From NCBI GenBank assembly GCA_034521955.1, contig JAXHLT010000003.1, positions 4,735 through 68,734 on the forward strand: a stretch of DNA of 64,000 bases, read 5' to 3'. Shown here piece by piece: positions 56,098 to 64,000 of this stretch (positions are counted from its first letter, which is position 1; each line of letters opens with the position of its first letter). A model generated the notes under the pieces. That model was not told where the DNA came from. It ran no database searches and worked only from the letters and a program-made list of their open reading frames with translations. A program made the position numbers and the translations under genes. Source of the stretch: Halanaerobiales bacterium (GTDB taxonomy: Bacteria; Bacillota; Halanaerobiia; Halanaerobiales; M55B127).

Positions 56098-58467
56098 ATG
56101 AAAGATTTGGAAAAAGTAAAGATTAGTGATGGAGACATTGAAAAAATAGATGATGATAACATGGAATTACCCTTATTAGCATCTAGGGGAGTTGTAGTTT
56201 TCCCTCATATGGTAATACCACTTTTAGTAGGAAGAGATAAATCAATTGAAGCATTAGAAGAAGCAATGATTGAGGAAAAAAGAATTTTAATAGCTGCTCA
56301 AAAAGATGAATCTATAGAAGAACCAGCAGAAGAAGACCTCTATCAGGTAGGAACAATAACTGAAGTTAAACAGTTAGTTAAACTTCCAAATGGTATGATT
56401 AAGGTTATTGTTGAAGGTATTCAGAGAGCAAAAATAGTTGAATTTTTAGAAACCGATGATCTTTTTAGAGTAAAAGTTGATGTATTTAATGAAGATGAAA
56501 TAGATCCTGATAATTTAGACTATGAGACTGAAGCTTTAATGAGGTCTGTAATTGACTATTTCAAAGAATATGTAAAATATAATAGAAACTTTCCTGCTGA
56601 AACTATGGTTTCTGTAATAAATATTGAAGAACCAGGTAGATTAGCAGATATAATTGCTTCTAATCTAGAACTAAAATATAAAAAGGAACAAAAATTATTA
56701 GAAGCCTTCTCAAATAAAGAACGCTTAGAACTTTTAATGAAGATAATTAAAAAAGAAATAGAGATATTAAAAATAGAAAATGACATCAATGAAAAAGTAA
56801 AAGATCAGGTAGAAAAAACCCAGAAAGAATATTTTTTAAAAGAGAAACTAAAGGTCATAAAAGATGAACTTGATGAAGGTGATGCAGATGAAATAGAAGA
56901 GTATAGAGAAAGATTACAAGATATCGAATTACCAGAAGAAGTGGAAGAAAAAGTTGAAAAAGAGATTAAAAAACTAAATAAAACACCTTCTATGTCACCT
57001 GAATCAACAGTAATAAGAAATTATTTAGACTGTATGTTAGATTTACCCTGGGATAATGAAAAAAATATTGAAATAAATCTAAAAGAAGCAGAAAAAATAC
57101 TTGAAGAAGATCATTATGGACTTGAAGATGTTAAAGAAAGAATTTTAGAATATCTAGCTGTAAGGAAAATATCTAAAAAGAAAAAAAGCCCAATCTTATG
57201 TTTAGTAGGTGCACCTGGTGTTGGTAAAACATCACTGGGACGTTCTGTAGCCCGTGCATTGGAAAGAGATTTTGTCAGAATGTCATTAGGCGGGGTTAGA
57301 GATGAAGCTGAAATAAGAGGCCATAGAAGGACATATATAGGATCTAGACCAGGTCGAATAATCAACTCTATGCGAGATGCAGGAAGTAAAAATCCAGTAT
57401 TCTTATTAGATGAAGTTGATAAAATGTCTGCAGACTTTAGAGGAGATCCAGCATCAGCATTATTAGAGGTGCTTGATCCTGAACAAAACAACGAGTTTAC
57501 AGATCATTACCTTGAAGTTCCTTTTGATCTTTCAGATGTACTGTTTATAACAACAGCTAATGTAACTAGTACTATACCTGCACCACTTTTAGACCGAATG
57601 GAAGTAATTGAGTTACCCGGATATACTGAAGATGAAAAGGTAAAAATAGCTGAAAGACATCTAATACCAAGAATTTTAAATGAACATGGTCTTAAAGAAG
57701 CACAGATTAATATATCTAATAATGCTTTATATAAAATCATCCAGGAATATACAAGAGAAGCAGGTGTTAGAAATCTCGAAAGAGAGATCTCAGCTATTGT
57801 TAGAAAAATAAGTAAAGAAATAGTTGAAGGTAGAGATAAAAAAGCAAGAATTACAAAAAGAAATGTAGATAAATACTTGGGTGTTCGTAAATTCAAGTTT
57901 GAGGTTGCAAAAAAAGAAGATAGAATCGGTGTTGCTACTGGTCTGGCATATAATCAGGCTGGTGGAGATATACTCGATATTGAGGTAGCTGTTGTACCTG
58001 GTAAAGGGGAAGTTACTTTAACAGGATCATTAGGAGATGTAATGAAAGAATCTGCAAAAGCAGCCTTAAGTTATATACGTTCAAAACATGAAGAATTAAA
58101 ATTGGATAAAGACTTTCATGAAAACTATGATATTCATATACATGTTCCACAGGGAGCAGTACCAAAAGACGGACCTTCAGCAGGAATTACCATAGCTTTA
58201 GCAATTGCCTCTGCATTAACCCAAAGAAAAGTTAGGGGAGACTATGCAATGACCGGTGAAATATCATTGCGAGGTCGTGTACTGCCTGTGGGTGGTATTA
58301 AAACTAAGATTCTTGCTGCTAAAAGAGCAGGTATAAATAAGATATTATTACCGGAAGAAAATAAAGAATCAATGAGTGAAATTCAAAATTATCTTAAAAA
58401 AGATCTAGATATAAATTATGTTGAACACATGGATAAAGTCATTGATTTACTTTTAATGGAGGAATAA
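56098..58467 (+). CDS. lon: ATP-dependent Lon protease (LonA)
   Basis: [16 protein letters not shown]-domain. Walker [10 protein letters not shown]. Protease PKDGPSAGI (catalytic Ser). ATG 56098 after GAGGTGAAGG (the track used an upstream TTG at 56077). Confidence 0.95.
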   Translation: MKDLEKVKISDGDIEKIDDDNMELPLLASRGVVVFPHMVIPLLVGRDKSIEALEEAMIEEKRILIAAQKDESIEEPAEEDLYQVGTITEVKQLVKLPNGMIKVIVEGIQRAKIVEFLETDDLFRVKVDVFNEDEIDPDNLDYETEALMRSVIDYFKEYVKYNRNFPAETMVSVINIEEPGRLADIIASNLELKYKKEQKLLEAFSNKERLELLMKIIKKEIEILKIENDINEKVKDQVEKTQKEYFLKEKLKVIKDELDEGDADEIEEYRERLQDIELPEEVEEKVEKEIKKLNKTPSMSPESTVIRNYLDCMLDLPWDNEKNIEINLKEAEKILEEDHYGLEDVKERILEYLAVRKISKKKKSPILCLVGAPGVGKTSLGRSVARALERDFVRMSLGGVRDEAEIRGHRRTYIGSRPGRIINSMRDAGSKNPVFLLDEVDKMSADFRGDPASALLEVLDPEQNNEFTDHYLEVPFDLSDVLFITTANVTSTIPAPLLDRMEVIELPGYTEDEKVKIAERHLIPRILNEHGLKEAQINISNNALYKIIQEYTREAGVRNLEREISAIVRKISKEIVEGRDKKARITKRNVDKYLGVRKFKFEVAKKEDRIGVATGLAYNQAGGDILDIEVAVVPGKGEVTLTGSLGDVMKESAKAALSYIRSKHEELKLDKDFHENYDIHIHVPQGAVPKDGPSAGITIALAIASALTQRKVRGDYAMTGEISLRGRVLPVGGIKTKILAAKRAGINKILLPEENKESMSEIQNYLKKDLDINYVEHMDKVIDLLLMEE

Positions 58468-58470
58468 CAA

Positions 58471-59055
58471 GTGAAAATTAATAATCCCCAGTTTGTAAAA
58501 AGCGCCCATACTGTAGATGGTTATCCCTATAATAAACTACCTGAAATTGCTTTTGCAGGTAGGTCAAATGTAGGGAAATCATCTATGATTAATAAAGTAC
58601 TAAATAGAAGAGGACTAGCAAAGACAAGTTCTAGTCCTGGTCGTACTAGGAGTATAAATTTTTTTGATATAGATAACAAATTCTTTTTAGTAGACTTACC
58701 AGGCTATGGGTTTGCTAAGGTTTCAAAAGAAGAAAAAGATAAATGGAGTATGTTAATCAATGATTATTTACACTATAGAGAAAATTTGAAAGGTATAGTT
58801 TTGATAGTTGATTCCAGGCATAAACCTACAAAAGATGACCTAGTAATGTTAGATTGGATTAGAAGTGTTCAAATACCTACAACAATTGCTGCTACAAAGG
58901 CTGATAAACTGTCTAATAATAAAAAAGCTATACAAAAAAAGGTAATTATAAATACACTTGCACTTGCTGAGGATGAAAAGTTCACTTTCTTTTCGGCAAA
59001 AACAGGTGAAGGAAAACAAATGATATTTGCATTTATTAATCAAATAATAAAGTAG
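58471..59055 (+). CDS. engB: Ribosome biogenesis GTPase EngB/YsxC
   Basis: EIAFAGRSNVGKSS (G1), DLPGYGF (G3), ATKADK (G4). Conserved position after lon. Confidence 0.9.
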   Translation: MKINNPQFVKSAHTVDGYPYNKLPEIAFAGRSNVGKSSMINKVLNRRGLAKTSSSPGRTRSINFFDIDNKFFLVDLPGYGFAKVSKEEKDKWSMLINDYLHYRENLKGIVLIVDSRHKPTKDDLVMLDWIRSVQIPTTIAATKADKLSNNKKAIQKKVIINTLALAEDEKFTFFSAKTGEGKQMIFAFINQIIK

Positions 59056-59065
59056 AGGTGTAGAG

Positions 59066-59890
59066 ATGGGCTCTCAATCATACACTAGTTCATTTGCATC
59101 AATATATGATGATATTATGGACAGAGTACCATATTTTTACTGGTATAAATATTTGCGTTATCTATTATCATATTATGATAAAGATCCTGAATATATAATG
59201 GAGTTAGCTTGTGGAACAGGTAATATGATAAAGTACTTTGTTAAAGATGCTGAAGAAATTTTTGGACTAGATAAATCAGAAGATATGCTTACAGTAGCAC
59301 AAAACAAATTAAATCAAAATCAAAATGTAAAGTTATTTCAGACAGATATGAGTAAAGAAATTAAATATGGAGATTTTGATTTTATATATTCAGTTTTTGA
59401 CAGCATGAACTATGTCTTAAAGTATGATGATTTAGTTGGAGTTTTCAAAAATGCCTATCTCAATTTAAAATCAGATGGTATCTTTATATTTGATATAAAT
59501 ACCATATATAGATTAATGGATTTAAATGAAGGAACAAAAAAAATAGATGGAAAAGATTATACCTGTTATTGGAAAGATATTGTAGATAAAGAACAGCAAG
59601 AATGGATTATTGAATTAAATATTTATCTTGAAAATAATGGTGATTTAGAAAACTTTACAGAACGACATATTGAAACAGGATATTCAATAAAAGATATTAA
59701 AGATGGATTATCAAAAGCTGGATTTGAATATGTAGATTATTATAGATCTTTTACTTTTAAAAAAGGGGATCCATATAATGATCGAATTCATTTTGTAGCT
59801 TGTAAGAATACTCCAAAAATCAATAAAATTAAGCAGCTCTTTTTAAATATTAAATGGAATATAGTAAGTTTGTTCATATCAAACTTTTAA
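59066..59890 (+). CDS. Class I SAM-dependent methyltransferase
   Basis: IMELACGTGN (motif I) and FDFIYSVFDSMNY (motif II/III region). Confidence 0.75.
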   Translation: MGSQSYTSSFASIYDDIMDRVPYFYWYKYLRYLLSYYDKDPEYIMELACGTGNMIKYFVKDAEEIFGLDKSEDMLTVAQNKLNQNQNVKLFQTDMSKEIKYGDFDFIYSVFDSMNYVLKYDDLVGVFKNAYLNLKSDGIFIFDINTIYRLMDLNEGTKKIDGKDYTCYWKDIVDKEQQEWIIELNIYLENNGDLENFTERHIETGYSIKDIKDGLSKAGFEYVDYYRSFTFKKGDPYNDRIHFVACKNTPKINKIKQLFLNIKWNIVSLFISNF

Positions 59891-59914
59891 ACCCCCAAAA
59901 AAGGGGGTTTTTAA
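59889..59914 (+). terminator. Intrinsic terminator
   Basis: AAACCCCC-AAAAAA-GGGGGUUU followed by U. Confidence 0.85.
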
Positions 59915-60057
59915 TATTAGATATGTAAATTTATTAAAGTATATTTTTCACATTAAGAAGTGTAATTTTCATTATATTAACAATTATAATCTAAATTAAT
60001 GATTTTTAAAATATATTTTATGATTAATAACTATTAGAGTTAAAATTAAAAAATAAA

Positions 60058-60134
60058 TGGTAGGGCTAACAGGATTCGAACCTGTGGCCTACAGATTAGG
60101 AATCTGCCGCTCTATCCTACTGAGCTATAGCCCC
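60058..60134 (-). tRNA. tRNA-Arg (anticodon CCU), CCA encoded
   Basis: Reverse complement: GGGGCUA UA GCUC AGUAGGAUA GAGC G GCAGA UUCCUAA UCUGU AGGCC ACAGG UUCGAAU CCUGU UAGCCCU A CCA. This is a clean cloverleaf of 77 nt. Confidence 0.93.
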
Positions 60135-60145
60135 ACTACTAATTT

Positions 60146-60174
60146 AGTATATTATCAAAGATATGCTCTGTCAA
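60146..60174 (-). promoter_or_regulatory. Sigma-A-type promoter for tRNA-Arg
   Basis: Minus strand: TTGACA (60174-60169), 17 nt, then TATACT (60151-60146), about 11 nt upstream of the tRNA 5' end. Confidence 0.5.
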
Positions 60175-60224
60175 GAAAAACTGACTAAAAAATTTATCAT
60201 CCAAAAATCTGCAGAAAGGTGATC

Positions 60225-60464
60225 ATGATGCTTACTATAAAATGTGCGAAATGCAAAAATAAATTATTCAAATATAAAAAGATTGGCAAAGGAAAGGTTT
60301 TAAGATGTTGGAAAAGTAAAATAACAAGAATTTATGATGCTGAAGTAATAGATAAAAAATTAGTCTGCAGTAATTGTAAAAATGAAATAGGTGAAGTAGA
60401 TGATAAAAAGATTAATATGAACTTAGATCAATTCACATATACAGGTACTAAAATAAGTAAATAG
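60225..60464 (+). CDS. Small zinc-ribbon protein, function unknown
   Basis: About 79 aa. CAKCKN...(38 aa)...CSNCKN gives two CxxC pairs. Lys-rich. RBS AAAGGTGA. ATG 60225 or 60228. Confidence 0.5.
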   Translation: MMLTIKCAKCKNKLFKYKKIGKGKVLRCWKSKITRIYDAEVIDKKLVCSNCKNEIGEVDDKKINMNLDQFTYTGTKISK

Positions 60465-60480
60465 TGTTAAAATATTGGTT

Positions 60481-60999
60481 TTAATTTTTGGTAATAGTCC
60501 AGTGGGTAAGATCATCTTTAATACCATCTTTTTTAAAGCCAGCCTTTTTTAGAACTTTTTGTGAAGGTAAATTATCTGTATGTGTTCTAGCAATAATTTT
60601 ATTAATTGGATTAATATCCTGATCAAATCCCCAAACGAGATATCTTTTTAAAGCCTCAGTCATGTATCCTTTCAAGCGAAAATTTTCTTTAATACCATAA
60701 CCAACCTCACATATCTTATTTTGATCTGGAATATCTTTAAAGCCGATCCTACCAAGAACTTGATTTGTGTTTTTATTGATAATTAACCAATATGTATAAA
60801 AAAAATAGTTTTCAGGGTCATTTTTTATATTAATTAATTTAATCTGATATACTTTTTGCATTATTTCTGAGAGCTTAGTATTAGAACTTATTAAGTTATT
60901 TTTTCTATAAAATCCTTCTAAATTATCAAGTGAACTTTCCAAATCAGTTTCAGTTAAAGCTATTAATTTAAGTCTTGCTGTATAAAGTTTCATAGCCAA
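60481..60999 (-). CDS. GNAT-family N-acetyltransferase (RimJ/RimL-like)
   Basis: 172 aa. LGRIGF...EVGYGIKENFRLKGYMTEALK...ARTHTDNLPSQKVLKKAGFKKDG is a typical acetyl-CoA binding core. Confidence 0.75.
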   Translation of the reverse strand: MAMKLYTARLKLIALTETDLESSLDNLEGFYRKNNLISSNTKLSEIMQKVYQIKLINIKNDPENYFFYTYWLIINKNTNQVLGRIGFKDIPDQNKICEVGYGIKENFRLKGYMTEALKRYLVWGFDQDINPINKIIARTHTDNLPSQKVLKKAGFKKDGIKDDLTHWTITKN

Positions 61000-61191
61000 T
61001 TCATCCTTTCAATAAAAATATTTTAAACCCATTATTATTATATAAAGTATTTAAAAATAATACAATAAATAAGTTGTATTAATATATCTAATTTGACTTT
61101 AGTTAAAAAAATCGGTTAAAATATAAGTACGGAATATTTATACACATCAAAAATATATATAAGTTATAGCGAAAAGTAAAAAGGGGGATTA

Positions 61192-62370
61192 ATGATGGCT
61201 AATATTGCCTTGGGTGTAATAACAAATAACATAGATACATTTTATCCATACTGTGATTTTTTATTAAATGCGCAAAAACATGGACATGAAATATCAAAAC
61301 TATATATATCATATACAAACAGATTAGACGAAGCTAAAGTTAATAAAATGAATCAATTTGTTGACATTGAACTATTAAAGATTAATGAAAACGCCAAACT
61401 AAAAAGTAACTTAATAGATTTAGGATTGTCAGAGTTAGAAGTGAAGAGATTTATTGAAAGTCAGGATTTAAAAAAATATGGATTAGTTCCCTATGGAAAA
61501 AGAAGAAACATTATTCTTGCTGCTGCCTTATTAGCAGAACCAAAAATTGACTATTTAATATTTTTTGATACTGATGTAAAACCATATATTTTATTAAATA
61601 AAGAAGGTGAAATAAGGGATATTGATTTTATTGGAAGACATGTTTCAAACCTTAAAAAAGAAGATGTAGTTATTACAACCAGTGATTATACTGGATACTA
61701 TATAATACCTTCTATGAACTTTGAAGAATTAGAGGATTTACTAACTGGACTACAAAAGGGACTGACTTATGAGTTTGTTAAGTCTGGTGATAATTTGATC
61801 ACAGAAGAAAATAAGGATAGATTAAAAGTTAAAAGGAAAAATAAAATACTGGGTGGAAATCATGCTATTGATCTAAATAAAGTTAACCTACTTGCACCAT
61901 ATTATTCAACAACTTACCATTATAGACAAGATTTAATATTAGGAAGAGGAGAAGATTTACTTTTAGGTCAAAAAATTTCAAAGTTAAACAAAAAAATTGT
62001 TGATGTAGATATGAAGATATTTCATGATACATATAAAAACTATCCCGAAGTCCCTGATATAAAAAACTTAGATATTAGAAAAAAGTTTTATTATGCTTGC
62101 CTGGGATGGATTGGTAGAAATCCTTTTTTAAATTGGTATCTTAAAAACAATGAAGGAATTAATAGTATTGAATTAGAAAAAAGCAAAAAAATACAAAGAG
62201 AAAAACTCGTTAATGGTAGTTATAGCTTTGCTGATAAATATAATTGTCCTATGTTTAAAGACTTACCAGAAGCATATTCAGTTGCCTATTCTCAACTAAA
62301 TCATATGATAGATGATTATGAAAAGTTAATGGAAATATGGGAAAAATTCATCAGTTTACTTAAAAAATAA
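61192..62370 (+). CDS. Hypothetical protein, possibly GT-A-fold glycosyltransferase-like
   Basis: 392 aa. YGKRRNIILAAALLAEPKIDYLIFFDTDV (DxD-like) and GRGEDLLLG. No family recognised with confidence. RBS AGGGGGA. ATG 61192 or 61195. Confidence 0.35.
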   Translation: MMANIALGVITNNIDTFYPYCDFLLNAQKHGHEISKLYISYTNRLDEAKVNKMNQFVDIELLKINENAKLKSNLIDLGLSELEVKRFIESQDLKKYGLVPYGKRRNIILAAALLAEPKIDYLIFFDTDVKPYILLNKEGEIRDIDFIGRHVSNLKKEDVVITTSDYTGYYIIPSMNFEELEDLLTGLQKGLTYEFVKSGDNLITEENKDRLKVKRKNKILGGNHAIDLNKVNLLAPYYSTTYHYRQDLILGRGEDLLLGQKISKLNKKIVDVDMKIFHDTYKNYPEVPDIKNLDIRKKFYYACLGWIGRNPFLNWYLKNNEGINSIELEKSKKIQREKLVNGSYSFADKYNCPMFKDLPEAYSVAYSQLNHMIDDYEKLMEIWEKFISLLKK

Positions 62371-62477
62371 GCTAAAAAATTACTTAATAATAAAAAAGAA
62401 GGTTTAATATCAATCCAAGCTTTCAAACTCAGCTAAGTTTTGATATTTTCACCTTCTTTTTTTAAATATAAATAATT

Positions 62478-64000
62478 TTAAGGATGTGTAATTATCTTTC
62501 CTTCATATGGTTTTAATATTATAGAAATCGTTTTATCATCACTTTCAATTATTCGGTCATTTAAAACATCTCGATAATCTCCACTTTTTTCTATATCCAT
62601 TTTTATATTTTGAACTATATGGCTATTATTTAAAATAACATAACTGTTTTTGTATTTCCACTTTCTTTTAAAAGCAACTATGTTGTTAGCTTCATCTTTT
62701 AAAACAAATTCAAAATCACCATTGCTAATAGTATTCAAATCTTTTCTGACTTGAATGAGTTTCTTATAAAACTTAAGTATTTCGTTGTTTTCTAACTTAT
62801 CCCACGGCATACATCTGCGGTTATCAGGATCTTTTTTACCTTTTAGTCCAAGTTCATCTCCATAATAGACCATAGGTATTCCGGGAAAAGTTAGTAAAAA
62901 GAGGATAGCTAATTTTAACTGTTCTTCATTTTTACAGTATTCATATATACGCGGAATATCATGACTTGATAAAAGATTTAATAATATATTACTAGTATCT
63001 TCTCTATAGTGATAGTAATTATTTATTATTAATGAACTGAATTTTTCTACTCCGATTTCATTTGTACCAAAAAACTTCAGCACTGCCCAATTAAATGGAT
63101 AGTTCATTACTGTATCAAATCTTTCTCCTCTTAACCATTTGCGTGCACTATGCCAAACCTCTCCTATAATTACAGCTTCCGGGTTTATGTCTTTTACAAC
63201 CTTTCTAAAACGATTCCAGAAAGTCATCTCGACTTCATCTGAAACATCAAGTCTCCAACCATCAATATTTAATTCTTCCATCCAGTATTTTGCAACATCT
63301 AATAGATAATTTTGGACTTCTAGGTTTGTAGTATTGAGTTTTGGCATTGTTTTAACATCAGTAGCAAAAGTAACATAATTAACGGTATTTTTGGTTTTAA
63401 TAGGTAGTTCTTCATAGAAAAACCAGTCTTTATATTTTGAATTTTCTCCTTTTTTTATTAAATCCTGAAAAGCAAAAAAGTTGATATCACAGTGATTAAA
63501 AACTGCATCTAAAATTACTTTAATATCTTTTTTATGAGCTTTAGAAACAAGTGTCTTTATAGTATCTAAATCACCAAAATGTGGATCAATTTTAAAGTAA
63601 TCGGCGATATTATACTTATGGTTTGTACCAGATTCAAAAATTGGAGTAAGATAAATAGCATTAGCACCTAGTTCTTTAATATAGTCTAGCTTTTCAATAA
63701 TACCCTCTAAATCGCCTCCAAAAAATGATTTATGTTCTGGTTTATCTCCCCATTTAGAAGTATTCTTTGGACTTATATCAGGATTTCCATTATTGAATCG
63801 TTCCGGGAATATTTGATATATTACAGCATCATTTAACCAATCTGGTCTTTTAAACTTTTCCCAGTCTGTAATAATTGGGTATTGGAAAAAACCGCATTCA
63901 TGTCCACGAGGTCTGTTTTCAAAAAAGCCTTTTTCATTATACCATAATTTTATTCCTTGAAAATCTTCAAGTAAAAAGTGATAACGAAATCTGGGATCAT
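62478..64000 (-). pseudogene. GH13 alpha-amylase family enzyme (neopullulanase/cyclomaltodextrinase-like), frameshifted, 5'-partial at the window edge
   Basis: The downstream part is in the track (GWRLDV, GEVWH, SHD). Upstream of 63347 the frame stays open (VILDAVFNH). It then breaks at the T4 run 63540-63543. The next frame reads DAVIYQIFPERFNNGN...GGDLEGIIEKLDYIKELGANAIYLTPIF up to the window end. Confidence 0.85.

Noticed and set aside
59900-62400. Region flanking tRNA-Arg(CCU), considered as a possible genomic-island integration site.
   Set aside because: There is no integrase, no direct repeat of the tRNA 3' end, and no phage or IS genes. The neighbours are ordinary small metabolic or unknown genes.
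1-64000. Search for mobile elements, prophage genes, CRISPR-Cas, restriction-modification or known multi-gene defence systems.
   Set aside because: No transposase, integrase, Cas, methyltransferase-endonuclease pair, reverse transcriptase, or STAND/TIR/SIR2-type signatures were recognised in any of the six frames.

Overview
This is a 64-kb low-GC (roughly 30% by eye) chromosomal segment from a Firmicutes/Clostridia-type anaerobe. Gene content is reminiscent of Halanaerobiales, but the taxon is inference only. It holds about 65 protein-coding loci and 2 tRNAs (Leu-UAG on +, Arg-CCU on -). I found no rRNA, no CRISPR array, and no recognisable IS, transposase, integrase or prophage. Landmarks: (i) 1-5.4 kb: an operon led by a Moco/Tuco-type riboswitch. 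It encodes a Tat-signal 4x[4Fe-4S] protein, a long (694 aa) YdhV-like aldehyde:ferredoxin-oxidoreductase (AOR) family enzyme, an unknown protein, fdhD (frameshifted), tatA and tatC. (ii) 10-16.3 kb: a run of truncated or frameshifted genes. (iii) 16.4-22.4 kb: an ABC exporter, an AbrB-domain radical-SAM/SPASM protein, a second Moco/Tuco riboswitch, a classical AOR (interrupted by 1 nt), a MoaD-like GG protein and DUF3842. (iv) 25.2-27.5 kb: a GC-richer oppC'-oppD-oppF remnant. (v) 36.4-39.8 kb: a radical SAM-TusA-DsrE-NifS-IscU/DUF59 sulfur-trafficking cluster. (vi) 40.8-45.7 kb: a locus matching flavin-based extracellular electron transfer (NDH-2 with DoxX-like tail, secreted two-FMN-domain protein, ApbE, polyprenyl synthase), with a MenA-like gene 10 kb away. 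(vii) An mrfA/mrfB-like helicase-exonuclease pair. (viii) The tRNA-Leu-tig-clpP-clpX-lon-engB housekeeping block. (ix) A GH13 amylase running off the right edge. At least 11 genes are broken by single-nucleotide frameshifts, several in homopolymer runs. Sequence quality versus genuine decay must therefore be resolved before any pseudogene call is believed. All family assignments come from motifs recognised by eye; no database search was possible.
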